Shown one piece after another: positions 38,301 through 51,170 of a stretch of DNA of 64,000 nucleotides. Both the position numbers and the translations under genes were made by a program. The stretch is from positions 21,080,001 through 21,144,000 of the forward strand of contig OZ336878.1 of assembly GCA_965287045.1 (NCBI GenBank), read 5' to 3'. Within the stretch, counting starts at the first letter, position 1; each line of letters opens with the position of its first letter. This stretch comes from Carcharhinus amblyrhynchos (lineage: Eukaryota). The notes under the pieces were generated by a model, which saw only the letters and a program-made list of their open reading frames with translations, was not told the origin of the DNA and did no database searches.

Positions 38301-38642
38301 TATGTATGTTTGTATGTTTGTGGGACTTGTTTGAGTTGGAACAGTATAGTTGGCTGCTAAGGTTCATACAATATCAAGGTTGTTCTCTTATAATTGGTAA
38401 ATGTTATGCTAATTTTCCTTATTATATGTTAACGGTGTTCTTAAAGAAATTTTGTTTGGGATAAAAGCTTCCTAGTGGGTCACTCAAATCAAACCCGGAG
38501 TGAAACATCTTATGCTTATCTACGCCAAACTCAAAGGTAAAGTCTTATGGTCTCGGCTGACTTCATAAAATACCTTGGAGTTTCTGGCCTGGCTCATAAC
38601 AAATATCAGTACCCCTTTTTGTTTCAGATGAACTGTGTGCCT

Positions 38643-38835
38643 GGGCAGCATGGTGGCACAGTGGTTGGCACTGCTGACTCATAACGCCAGGGATCTGGGT
38701 TCAATTCTCAGTCTGGGTCACTGTCTGCAGAGCCTGCACTTTTTCCCTGTGGTTTCCTCCGGGTGCTCTGGGGATTTTCACATTAACTTCATTGCGGTGT
38801 TAATGTAAGCTTACTTGTGACATTAATAAACTTTT
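38643..38835 (+). mobile_element. V-SINE, tail B, with internal deletion
   Basis: Head joined at GGGTGCTCT|GGGGATTTTCAC directly to tail B. Confidence 0.85.
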
Positions 38836-39987
38836 TTTAAAAAACGTTATTTCGAAAAGCAAAAGAAAATACCCAACACCCAATAATCCCTACACCAGGG
38901 CAATCATGTGTTACGCAGCAGCACTCTGAACCAAATTGAACAGCAGATTATGTTGTGGTAGGAACAGTGGTACGATGGTTATTCAGTCTGTGCCTTTAAA
39001 AGACACTGAGCAACAGTGTAGGTTTAAAAAAAGAGCTAATATATGCTTACACTTTGCATTTGTGAAAATATTTACTGATGATTCTTCACTGCGTCTGGAG
39101 CACCTCAGGCGTTTCCTGTCAACGAGAGCCAGCTCATTCCAGGAATCAATCAGCATCCTTTACCAACATCACACTTTGGCAGCAGCTTGATATTTTCCTT
39201 TGAAATAAAAGCCCCGAAATTTGAAATAAATAGAACTGTCGCTGGATTTTGCTTCTCCTGCGACGCTGGGGGACCAGGCCACAATTGCTAAGCGCTGCTG
39301 CGTGATGTGGGGCTGGAGTGGTATATCAAAGAAAATGATTGGAATGAGAATCAGGTAGATTTGAGAGCAAGTGGGAGAGTCACACTGCCTGCTTACCACC
39401 TGTGCAGTGAAGAGACAAATCTACCTCAACATGCTGTCAGAAATAAACCAGGGGCTCATTAAACTCAGATACGAGACATGGGCAAGGTTGTGTTCTGTGT
39501 TATAAGACATATTCACTTCATTTATATACTATAAATACATAAAATGGCACTACAGATAATATATTCTGTTGCTAGACCTGAAATCCGATCTTAATTTTGG
39601 GCTTTCTGCCATGACTATGTTGTGTGTGACATTGTTTTCTGAACCTGTTCATCACCTCAAGTTACAAAGGATGACTCTGGCAGGTAACTTTTTTTTATCA
39701 TGGTAATTTGGTCTTCTGATTTCCAACATGGTTTGTTTAGAAGCGAATTGTCAGTAAATCTGGTCCCAGGGGACTCACTATTCCTCCTACTTCATAATAG
39801 AATTGAATAGTAAGTGTAATGTGCAAGGAAGCTTTTGCTGGATATCAGGATGAACGGGTTGGAGGGACCACTTCAATTTGGGGAGAACTCATGGAAAGGC
39901 AGGTGAGTGGGAAGGCCAGAAATCCCAGTGACATGGTGATCCAGCTGAATTTGATGGTCGAATCTCATTGTCATTTTACTATTAATT

Positions 39988-40190
39988 AGAACTATAGAAC
40001 CCCTACATTGCAGGAGAGGCCATTCGGCCTATCGAGGCTGCACCTATTCTCAGACAGAGGATTTTACCCAAGACCTCTGCCCTGCCCTTTCCCTGTAATC
40101 CCACACATTTAGCATGGCTAATCCCATCTAACCTACACATCTGGGACATTAAGGGACAATTTAGCATGGCCAATCTGCCTAACCTACCTC
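39988..40190 (-). mobile_element. HE1-type SINE 3' portion
   Basis: GAGGCCATTCGGCC...AAGGGACAATTTAGCATGGCCAATC. Confidence 0.8.
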
Positions 40191-40474
40191 TTTTCCTATC
40201 TTTTCCCATCCACCAGATTAAAAGGCTGATCGAACAGTTTGGACCCGTATCCATTGGAGTTTAGGAAAATGAGTAGTGATTTTTTTTTAAAAGATCTATA
40301 TATTTTCACAGGATGTGGGTGTCACTGACTAGGCCAGCATTTCTCCTGGGAGGGAGGGGTGGATGAGAGGAATGGCCTGGGAGATGGGTTGGACGCAGTT
40401 GAGAGCCGTGTCAACCACATTGGGTAGAAAACTATGATTGAGGAAGAAGGAAAACATATCAGTATCATTTTGGA

Positions 40475-42092
40475 AGTGAGACACTGCTCTCTACCTTCCC
40501 CTCAATCCCAGAACCAGGATAGGGCCTCACTTTTCACCTCACCAGTCTCCACATTCAAAGGATCATCTTCTGTCATTTCCACCAACTCCAGCATGAGGCC
40601 ATTACTCAACATATATTCCCCTCGCCCCTGTTGTCAGCATTCCGCAGGAATCATTCTCTCCTGGTCCATTCCTTCATCACACCCAACAACTCACCCACTG
40701 CCAATGGCACCTGCCTACGCAACTGTAGAATGTGCAACATCTATCCTTCACCTTCTTGCTCACCATTCCAGGTCCTGAATGCTGTTTTCAGGTGAAGCAG
40801 TGCTTCACGTGTACCTACTTCAATCTGACCTATTGCATACGCTGCTCCCAATGTGGTCCATTCTACATAGGAGAGACCAAATGCAAGCTGGGTGATCACT
40901 TTGCGGAACACCTTTGGTTTGTCCGCAAGCTGGACCTAGACCTTTCTGTCACTTGCCAATGCAACACACCACCTTGCTCTCCTGTCCACACGTCCATCCT
41001 TGGCCTTTTGCAATGTCATAGTAAAGCCCAATGAAAACTGAAGGAACAGCACCTCATCTTCCGATTGGGCACTTTACAGCCTTCTGGACTGAACATTGAG
41101 TTCAACAACTTCAGAGCATGAATTCTCCCCTCCACCTTCACCCCATTTCTTTATTTCATCCCTTCTTTTTACCTCATTCATCTATTTTTATTACTTCATA
41201 TACTTATTGTTGTTTTTCCACTTTTGAAATCTTGATCCCCATTTTGTTTTAAAAACCTGTCCCACCCCCACTCCCCGATCCCCCTCAGGGCCAACTGCCA
41301 CATTCCTCAGGTTGTCCTCTGACAATCGCTGCCTTTGTTCTGCCATTTAAATATTCTGATCTCTTTGTGGACACTCTTAGCGCCTTTCTCAGCCTTTATT
41401 ATAGAACATAGAACATTACAGCGCAGTACACGTCCTTTGGCCCTCAATGTTGCGCCGACCTGTCAAACGAATCTAAAGCCTATCTAACCTATACTATTCC
41501 AATATCATCCATATGCTTATCCAATGACCCTTTAAATGCCCTTAATGTTGACGAGTCCGCCACTATTGCAGGAAGGGTATTCCACACCTTTACTAGTCTC
41601 TGAGTAAAGAACCTACCTCTGACATCTGTCCTGTATCAATTACCCCTCAATTCAAAGTTATGTCCCTTCATACTGGCCATCACTATCTAAGAAAAAAGAT
41701 TCACACTATCCACCCTATCTAATCCTCTGACCATCTTGTGTGCCTCTATTAAGTCACCTCTGAACCTTCTTCTCTCTAACAAAAACAGCCTCAAGTCACT
41801 CAACCTTTCCTCATAAGACCTTCCCACATACCAGACAACATCCTGATAAATCTCCTCTGCACCCTTTCCAATGCTTCCATGTCCTTCCTATAACGCGGCA
41901 AATAATTATCGCGATATATCTTTCCTTTGTCCAATTACAGCCTCCCACCCACCCTCATAGTATAAACCATGTCCAATTTTCTATTGTCTTCAGCTCTGGT
42001 GAAGGGTCATCCAGACTCAAAATGTTGGTGCTAATCTCTCTCTGCTGATGCTTACAGACCTGATGAGATCTTCCATCATTTTCTGTTTTTGT
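40475..42092 (+). mobile_element. Penelope-like element 3' part: GIY-YIG endonuclease remnant plus pLTR, split by CR1
   Basis: 'FTCTYFNLTYCIRCSQCGPFYIGETKCKLGDHFAEH' and 'EQHLIFRLGTLQPSGLNIEFNNF'; pLTR with decayed hammerhead at 41996-42026. Confidence 0.9.
41401..41900 (-). mobile_element. CR1 3' fragment
   Basis: ATAGAACATAGAACATTACAGCGCAG tail as at 9548. Confidence 0.9.
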
Positions 42093-42479
42093 CTCTTTTA
42101 AGAAGAGCTGTACCTTCAGTGCTGTAAGATACAGGACTATGGGCCGGGATTAGAAAGGGCATCTGGGTGTCCTCGGGCTGACATGGACAAGATGGATTGA
42201 ATGGCCTCTTTCTATGCTGTAACATTTCTATTGTTCTACAGTTCTAAGTGGTGGAGCTCATGCGATGTAGCTCCAATTATTTGGAGTGTGCATCAAACAG
42301 AATCAGGAACATGGAACACATAAAAGACCCGGTGAACCCCACATGCACGCACACCCAGGGCTTACCAGGTGACTCCCATGGTTATAGGGAGGCTGAGGTG
42401 GGGAGTTTTTGATTCTCCTTGGCATGACTCACATTATGCGACAAGTCAATAATGTTGGCATCATGGCTAGGCCACTAGA

Positions 42480-43560
42480 CATGGCTCCTGGCTATGGTTT
42501 TCCCATGTAAGTGGCCAGCCTGGCCTTTTTGTTTCCTAAGTTCAGGAGCTGAATACCAGCTGGAGGTGATATTAAGTCTGATCCCCCGATGATGGAGACT
42601 CCAATCCCCATATGCATTTCCCTTTTTAATGGGTGGCCATTTACTAACAGCTCCACCATTATGAGGGCAACTTTTGTCATGGCAATGCCATTTAATTGCA
42701 TTGTCTCAATTCCTGGTACTGGGCACATCTGCAAGGGACAGTCCAGTACTGGCCTTCGCCTTTTTTTGAAATAGCGTGTTTTTTTTTGTCTGTTTTTATA
42801 TCTTAGCCTCAGTTGTGGTCTTCTGCAGCACGTGGAATAGCCCTCGATATGTCATCTACAACATCCTGGGACATACTCCCGAGGAGTCTGAAGGCTGTTC
42901 CTAACCGTCCTTGAATGGCTGGTAATGTGACTCAGGCTCCACCACTGAAAAGGATCCTGAGATATTTTATTAATACCAACACTCTCAGTTGAGGGACAGA
43001 CATTGCATGAGGCCCCTCCTCCCAGTTGGAGGACACTGCTATCTGATGTCCCCTTAAGTTCCTGCGCTCCTTTCTCTGTACTCTCCAGTGATAATCTTTA
43101 GATCCAAATTGGGTTCTGCCAATAAGTTTTTTTAGGCTGTCACATTGTTTATTGTATAGACCAATCAATCTCTCAACATGTCATTCAGAGGTGGCCCAAA
43201 TTCACAGTGCTCTACCAATTTTTGCAGAAATTCAGTGACAGATTCCCCAGGGGTTTGCCCTGTTATGTTAAAATGTCATCACTGCACTTTTATGGAAGGT
43301 TTTATAATAGCTTTTAACTGAGTCCATTAAAGGTTTCAGAATCAGGGACAGCCGGGTAGATCAGGCTTTTTGATACATTGAAGGTTGGGACCCACATGCC
43401 ATCAACAGGATCACTTTCTGCTTCTTGTTCCCGTCAATGCTGTTGGCCCAGAAAAAGATTATTCATGTGCGCTGCGTATTGGGCCCAGTCTTCTGTGCTT
43501 GCATCATAAGCTCCAAGTTTACCAAAAAGAGGCAATTTTCTTACTGAAGGCTTACTTGTC
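42480..43560 (-). mobile_element. Ty3/Gypsy gag-protease remnant
   Basis: Minus translation 'GESVTEFLQKLVEHCEFGPPLNDMLRD..LLAEPNLDL' (gag) and 'IMVELLVNGHPLKREMHMGIGVSII...LATYMGKP' (protease with DTG lost). Confidence 0.8.
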
Positions 43561-43996
43561 TCAACAGTAAAGACAGTCCCAAGGGAAGATAAAACTCATT
43601 TTACTCTTCATTGCCAATGTAATAGTCTTATCGAGGCCAGTCTTATGTCACCAATCATCCATTTATTTACAGTGTGTTCAAAAAAGCATTCAATGACTAC
43701 AGATAAGCCCCGAGTTCTTCGGCTGCCAGCCTGAATGGAGCCAGTTAGTCTTAAACCACCCCTTCTACCATCACCGCCACCCCCCGCCACTCCAATCCCA
43801 CTGCTCCTTCCCTATATTAGGCAAACCTCCACTTGCCTAATTGAGGAACTTATATTATGATGAAGCCCACAGAGAGATCTGTTGATGATCCCTCATGGCC
43901 ATCACCACACTAACCATGATGTCTTGGATGTAAATAGTTGTCAATAAATAGTTTCAATAAAAAATAGATACTGACTGACTATCTCCAAGTCATCAA

Positions 43997-44295
43997 ATTT
44001 ATTTACTTATTTGTGTCACAAGTAGGCTTACATTTACACTGCTATGAAGATACTGTGAAAATCCCCAAGTTGCCACACTCCAGCGCCTGTTCAGATACAC
44101 TGAGGGAGAATTTAGCATGGCCAATGCACCTAACCAGCACGTCTTTCGTACTGTGGGAGGAAACCGGAGCGCCCAGACGAAATCCACGCAGATACAGGGA
44201 GGACGTGCAGACTCCACACAGACAGTGACCCAAGCTGGAAATCGAACCTGGGTCCCCGGCACTGTAAGGCCGCAGTGCTAACCAATATGGCTGTC
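43997..44295 (-). mobile_element. V-SINE, tail B
   Basis: Full head (B box GGTTCGATTTCC), core and tail B. Confidence 0.9.
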
Positions 44296-44525
44296 CCTAT
44301 AATGAAACCTCATTGGGTGAATATAGTGAATAGTGAGCTTGAAGACAAGTAAAGGGGAGTACACAAAACCAATACATTCACCACCTTTTAATTTTAATCC
44401 CACCCCTTCTCCCATTGGTTGTGGAGTGCAGGGGAGGGGTCTTGATAGCAACCCAATTTGAAGAAGATTACACAGTATTTGAAAGTATATTTCCATCAAA
44501 TTAAGGTTTTCCCCTGTGTAAGTAG

Positions 44526-45171
44526 CAGTGGCGTAGCTAGAGGGTAGCTAGCGACCGCTCCCTCTGAGCACATTCTTCAACGGGGTGTTCCTCACGGGCC
44601 CCTCAGATCTCTTCCCGAGATCTGAGGTCCTCGATCCGTGCACTGCAGTCGTGGGATGCGATATGGATGCGGGGACTTCAGGCAGCGAGAAAGGCATGCA
44701 AACTCCTGAGAGGGCATGCAATCCCCCGAGAATAACTGCAGAGTCCACGAAGGACATAAATATTCAGCCACCCCAACGAAACCAACCATCCCTCACTGAC
44801 GGACATCACCAGCCGAGATTGGTGAATAAATAGATTCGGTGATTATCACTTGAAGAATTTAAACCACTACAGATCCAACATTGGCTGCTTTAATTTAATT
44901 TATAATAAAGTAATAGATAACTTTGCTAGAATGAAGCCTAGACAAAAGAGGCTGTTGTAGTTGCTTCATACCTTTTTCATATAGCTTTGTTTTGTTTTAC
45001 ATTTTTACGTTTAAAATGTAAAATAATTAAATAACACACGTGTTTTTATGATGTTTTGATCTTAAATACAAAATAAAAATCTATAATGAATTTTAAGTTA
45101 TTTGGTATGCGTCAGGGCACCTTTTTTACGAGCTCGTTCCCCCCTAATTTTAGAACTTGGCCACGCCAGTG
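44526..45171. mobile_element. Non-autonomous hAT (Tip100-like) transposon
   Basis: TIR CAGTGGCGTAGC / GCCACGCCAGTG (10/12); 8-bp flanks GTAAGTAG and GTTGGTAG (6/8). Confidence 0.7.
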
Positions 45172-46058
45172 GTTGGTAGTCAAAACAAATTAATTTTAAC
45201 CAAGAAAGAAATGAATGAGTTCGATAAGAACTCACTGGCCAGATACGAAAACTGAAATAGGACATCAGGTCAATCATAACTATCGGATCAAGGCAGGTGA
45301 AGGGTTAACTTAAAAGTAAATGCAAATTAGCCCCATAAAGCAAAATATTTTACAGATCAAGTGTGTTTTCAGCACTGCCAGCCCATCTCCTGTATTAGAT
45401 ATAGATAATTACAGTGTTATTGCCAGCTTGGCTATTTTTCATGAATTGTGGGTGTAAACAAACTAACTGTAACAATGGCAAAATACTGGATATGTACAGT
45501 CACCATTTGTGAAGAGAATAGGCAGGTTAATGTCTCAGGTTATAGAAGATATTGTTTCCTGTTTTTGTTCCGGATTGCCCAGTGTTTTTCCCTCATTCTT
45601 TTGCTGCACATGACAGGTTAATGAAATGATTCAATGGTACATGAGGAATTGGCCAGCATCAATAGGCTGCCACATTGCATTTTCACCTCCAGGTCATGGG
45701 CTTGAAACCAGCCCTTTGGAGAGGTTTGAGGAAAACCCTTCTGAACACATGAATGCCAGTCCTGAAGATCATTAACCTGAAAGCATGACCGCGATTCATC
45801 ACAAATAAGCAATAAACTGTGTTGATGAAAATGGCTGGTGTAAGGTCGAACAAAAATCATAACCATTTAGTACAAGGTGCTCCGCACCATCAGAGATTAA
45901 AAGAATATTTAAAAAGGGTTATCTTCATCAAATAGAGTTCAACAAACGCTTTTTTAAAAAAGTGCACAATGCAAAGATATACGCCATGTCAAACTGTATC
46001 AATACACAGCTGTTTCTGAGTGATTTAACATTATCTAGGTAGCACGCAACATCACAGA

Positions 46059-47516
46059 GGGTACAATTCTCCCATCTGGGTTAAGTCTCATGTCAAAGGG
46101 CAGGAATGGGGTGGAGTTGGGTCCTTAATTATGCTGGCTGCTTTGCCGAGGCAGCAGGAAGTGTGGACAGAGTTAATGGATGGGAGGACAGTGAAAAGCC
46201 ACACCATATCTTCTGGTCCTGACATTATTAATTATACATCATGCATTATAATGAATCCATCACGCAAACCAGCCTCCCATCCATTAACTCTGACCACACT
46301 TCCTGCTGCCTCGGCAAAGCGGCCAGCATCATTAAGGATTCCACACACCCTGGACATTCTGTCCTCCACCTTCCCCCTTCCTGAAAAAGATACAAAAGTC
46401 TGAGGTCACGTACCAACCGACTCAAGAACAGATTCTTCCCTGCTGCTGTCACACTTTTGAATGGACCTACGTTGCATTAAGTTGATCTTTCTCTACACTC
46501 TAGCTATGACTGTGACACTACATTCTGCACTCTTCTGTTTCCTTCTCTATGAACAGTATGTTTTCTCTGTATAGCGCGCAAGAAACAATAATTTTCACTG
46601 TATGTTAATACATGTGACAACAATAAATCAGATCAGATCAAATCAAATCAAACCTGGGATTTTAGTGCCATTTTCCGTGGATGGGCATGAGTTCCACTAT
46701 CACATTTTGGTGCCATATTTGAACAGGCGCCCAACATCACTGACCCACTGTTGAAGAAAGAAGATGGACTTCCTGAAAAAGAAGTTGGATCTCCGGGAAC
46801 ATTCTGAGACCGGAAGATGGACCTCATGAAAAAGTAGAGGGATCTCCAGAAACATTTTCAGGCTGGAAGAACTCCTTGATGACACTGAATCTTAAAGATC
46901 AACCTATGGATGCTGCCTCAACCATTGCTGTGGTGTACTGTAGTCCAGGCTTGCCAGCCACCTCCATTCTGAGATCTGGAGGCAGCCCCAGGCTTTTTCC
47001 TAGTAAGTCGTGGTGTGGGATTTCCCAACTGTTCCTGCCAGCGGGATTTTCCAGACCAGCCGATGGTGACCCTCTATCTCGTGTTTCCCAGCGGAGAAGG
47101 GTGTGAACAACAGGAAACCCCGGTGACAGCAGCGGGACTGGAAGATCTCACCTCCGACCAACTTCAGGGTGCCTCCACTGCTGCAAAGCACACCATGGGG
47201 GAAGAGGGGGATGTAAAAATCCCACCCCTGGCTTCTGCATGCCATGTTATTTCCCAATCCCCCCTGGGGTTGTGGAGAATCGGGTGTGGTGGGAAGATTC
47301 TAGTTGGGCTTTCATCTGCAGCCCAGTAGTGGGATGCAAATCAGTTTTACGTTGGCCTCCAGCAGGTTTCCTAGTATGCTATGGTGGGCATTAGGAGTAG
47401 ATCCAGGAAATTCACAATGATATAAAACTGATTATTGGATCCTGCCAAATTCTCTGCACAACTGTCACCCAGCTCATCATTAATCCTGCCCACATGGACA
47501 TGGGAAAATACTGCCC
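46059..47516. mobile_element. Harbinger-like composite with nested MITE (about 47012-47228) and a Rex insert
   Basis: Ends GGGTACAATTCTCCC / GGGAAAATACTGCCC; nested GGTGTGGGATTT...AAAATCCCACCCC. Confidence 0.45.
46250..46651 (+). mobile_element. Rex1/Babar 3' fragment with an upstream inverted duplicate (46122-46187)
   Basis: Rex C-terminus and 3' UTR ending TACATGTGACAACAATAAATCAGATCAGATCAAATC. Confidence 0.9.
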
Positions 47517-47519
47517 AGA

Positions 47520-50250
47520 ATCTTCACAGCACAAAAGGAGGCATTCAGCCCATTAAGTTTGCACCGACTCTCTGAAAGAGCATTTAATCAAATCCCACTC
47601 CCAGTCTAATCCCTGTAACCTTGCATATTCTCGCTTTTCGGATCGCAATCCAATTCTGTTTTGAATAACTCGATCCAAGCTGTCTCCTCCACCCTCTCAG
47701 GAAGTTTGTTCCAGACTCCACCCATTCTCTGGGTGAAAAGAATTTCCTCACATCTCCTTTATTCCTTTTGCTAATTGTTTTGAATCTGTGTTTTCTAGCT
47801 ATTGATTCCCAGTTGAGTGGGAGCACTCTCTCACCATTTACCATGCTGATACCTATCAGGATCTGGAATACCACTATCAAATCTCCTCTCAGCCTTCTTT
47901 TCTCCAAAGAAAACATTCCCAACCTCGCCAATCCATCGTCATAGCTAAGTTTCTTATCCCTGGAATCATACTCATGAATCTCCTTTGTACTCTTTCCAAT
48001 GTCTTCACATCCTTCTCAAGCATGACATCTAGGATTGTACGCAATGTTCTAGATGAGACCTAGCTGGTCTCTCATAGAAATTCAACATGACCCCCTCACT
48101 CTTGTACTCAATGCTCTTATTAATAAAATCTAAGGGGTGATCTTAACCTCTCGCCACATTGGCCGACAGATGGGTTGAGCTGATAAGATTGAGAGAGAGC
48201 TGAGAAATCAGGTTCGCGCCCGATTTCTCGCCTCTCATGATCTTACCGGGCCGGATATCCAGCATTCAACCTCATGCCCGGAAAGGAGGCAAAGCTGAAT
48301 ATCTTATTTTTATTTAATTAAATGTTAATTTAAATATAATTAGCAAGGCTGGGACAGATTCGCTCGGGCTCACTTATCTATGTGGCCTTGTCAGGGAAGG
48401 TTCCCTCCGTCAAGGATCCCAGCTGGTCATCCACCAATGGGGACCTGTTGTGACAGCCTCACCGGTAGAACCGGAGGCCGTTGAGGCCCCACCAGGAGGT
48501 CGGAGAAAGGGGACTACCCTTTGGGCAGTGCCAACCTGGCACTGACAGCCTGGCATGCCAACTTGGAACCCTGGCAGTGCCCACTGGGTTCTGGGCAGTG
48601 ACAAGGGGATGGGGCCTGAGTGGAATGAAGTCTACTGGGGAGTGGGGCCAGACTAGACATGGGCTGTTCGGTGAGGCAGAACCACTGTCACTCTGCACGG
48701 CCATCGGTGGGAGAAGAGAGGGAGACTGCTGCCACTCTGCAGCAGTGATTGGTGGGGCAGGGAGAGCAGCAATCATTCTGGGTGGAGGGGTGCTCGCAAT
48801 CATTCTGTGTAGATGAGACTTGCAATCATTCCAGTGAGGTGGGGGGGGGTGCTCACAATCATTCCAGGTTGTGTCTGGGTGTGGTTCATGATAGGCCATG
48901 GAGCCCTGTGATAGCAGGGGGGTGGGTTTAGGCCATGGAAGCTGGCTATTGCAGCAGGGGCACTGACAGGTCTCCGTTGCTCTCAGAGTACAGAAGTCTG
49001 CACACGCTGCTCTCAACCAGCTTTTGGGTGATGTGGTCACTGCCCTCTCCCCTGCTGGCAAATTTCAATTTTACCAGTATTTTTTTTGAACCAGGGTGGT
49101 AAGATTTGACTTTTAAATTTTAAAAAAGGCATGAATTTCTCCTGTTTTCATGCTCATTTCGCATTTCAAACTTTTTTGGTAAACACGCCCCCTCAAATAC
49201 TATATGCTTTGTTAGCTTTGCTCTTAACATGTCCCACCATCTTCAATTACTTATATACATATACAACAAGTTTTGTCTATTCCACCACCTCCTTTAGAAT
49301 TTCACCTTTTATTTCACATTGACTTTCCATTTTCTTCCTGCCAGAATGAATCAGCTCACAAGTTCCTGCATTGAGGTTCTTCTGCCGCTTGTCTGCCCAA
49401 TCTATCAATATGCCTTTGTCCTGCTGACATTCAAGGCTATCCTTATTGCAAACATTTCCCACCTTCGTATCATCTGCAAATTGTGAAAAGTCATGTCCTG
49501 CAGAATACCTACATCATTAATATACATCAGGAAGATCAAAGGTCCCAACAGTGATTTCCACCCCCACCACCCCCCTCCAGGGAACTCCACTATAATCCTT
49601 CCTCCAATCTAGAAAATAACCATTTACCACCACTCTGTTTCCTGCGACTCAGCCAATTTCTCATCCAAGTGCCAACTTCCCCTTTTATTCCATGAGCTAG
49701 AATTTTACTCACAAGCCTGTTGTGTGGCACCGTATCAAATGCCCTTTGAAAATCCATATATACCACATCAACAGTGTTGCTCTTACCAACCTTCTCTGTT
49801 ACCCCCTCAAAAAATTCTAGCAAGTTATTTAAACATGATTTCCCCTTAATTAATCCATGCTGGCTTTCCTTAGCTATCCTGCACTTGTCTAAGTGACTAT
49901 CAATTTTGTTCCGGACTATAGATTCCAGAACTTTCCCTGCCACTGTGTTTCCAGCTTTATGTGTGCAACCCTCTTTGAATATTTACAATTTTCCAGTACA
50001 CTGTCACCATTACTGTTTCTAAGGCAGACTAGAAGATTATAACAAGTGTCTTGCAATTTTCACTCACACTTCCATCAGTACTCTTAGATTCATCTGATCT
50101 GGTCCTGTTACATTATGAATTTTAAATAAAGATAGCATTTTTAACACCTCATCCTTCTCAATTGTAAATTATTTAAGTGTTCCAGTTCTTCCTCCCTCAC
50201 CTTGGTCTGGGAAACATATTGTTCCTTTCTGAAAACAGATGTGAAGTCCT
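47520..50250 (-). mobile_element. Old CR1 split by a DNA transposon (47520-48130 and 49170-50250)
   Basis: ORFs 47584-47931 and 49590-49943 (SQHGLIKGKSCLNNLLEFF..YMDFQRAFDTVPH). Confidence 0.85.
48134..49110. mobile_element. GC-rich Harbinger-like non-autonomous element
   Basis: GGGGTGATCTTA.. / ..GGTAAGATT ends; internal GCAATCATTC repeats and GGCAGTGCC motifs. Confidence 0.6.
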
Positions 50251-50257
50251 CATTTAT

Positions 50258-51170
50258 TTTGATGTGATTTGATTTGACTTACTATTGTCACATGTATTAT
50301 CATACAGTAAAAAGTATTGTTTCTTGCGTGCTATACAGACAAAACATACCGTTCATAGAGAAGGAAATGAGAGATTGCAGAATGTGGTGTTACAGTCATA
50401 ACTAGCGTGTAGGGAAAGATCAACTTAATGCAAGGTAAGTCCATTCAAAAGTCTGACAGTAGCAGGGAAGAAGCTGTTCTTGAGTCGGTTGGTACGTGAC
50501 CTCAGACTTTTGTATCTTTTTCCCGAAGGAAGAAAGTGGAAGAGAGAATGGCCAGGGTGCATGGGGTCCTGAGGCAGAGGGAAGTGAAGACAAAAATCAG
50601 TGGATGAGAGGCTGGTTTGCATGATTGATTGGGCTACATTCACAACCTTTTGTAGTTCTTTGCGGTCTTGGACAGAGCAGGAGCCATACCACGCTGTAAT
50701 ACAAGCAGGAAGAATGCTTTCTATCATGCATCTGTAAAGGTTGGTGAGAGTCGTAGCTGACATGCCAAATTTCCTTAGTCTTCTGAAAAAATAGAGGCAT
50801 TGGTGAGCTTTCTTTACTACACAATGTCAGCATGGGGGCACCAGGATAGGTTATTGGTGATCTGGACGTCTGAAACCTTGAAGTTCTTGACCCTTTCTAC
50901 TTGATCCCCATTGATGTAGACAGAGTCATGTTCTCCTTTACACTTCCTAAAGTCGATGATGATCTCCTTCATTTTGTTGACATTGAGGGAGAGATTATTG
51001 TTGCCGTACCAGTTCACCAGATTCTCTGTCTCTTCATTGTCTGAGCTCTGATCCACCGCAGTGGTGCCGCCAAGAAACTTCAAAATCAAATTGGAAGGGA
51101 ATTTGGCCACACAGGCATATAGGTATATAAGGAGTATAATAGGGGACTGAGAACACAGCCTTGTGAGGCA
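50258..51170 (-). mobile_element. Rex1/Babar RT 3' fragment
   Basis: ORFs 'NNLSLNVNKMKEIIIDFRK...INGDQVERV' and 'LYRCMIESILPACITAWYGSCSVQDRKELQKVV'. Confidence 0.9.

Larger units (their letters stand above)
36345..38601 (+). mobile_element. Related LTR-like element split by CR1 (36345-36893 and 38301-38601)
   Basis: Ends ...CTTCATAAAATACCTTGGAGTTTCTGGCCTGGCTCATAACA; shares AAAGCTTCCTAGTGG with the minus copy. Confidence 0.6.

Noticed and set aside
48459-49061. Long Pro/Gly-rich ORFs here and at 55694-56393 and 57337-58343
   Set aside because: By-products of GC-rich repeats, open in several frames on both strands.
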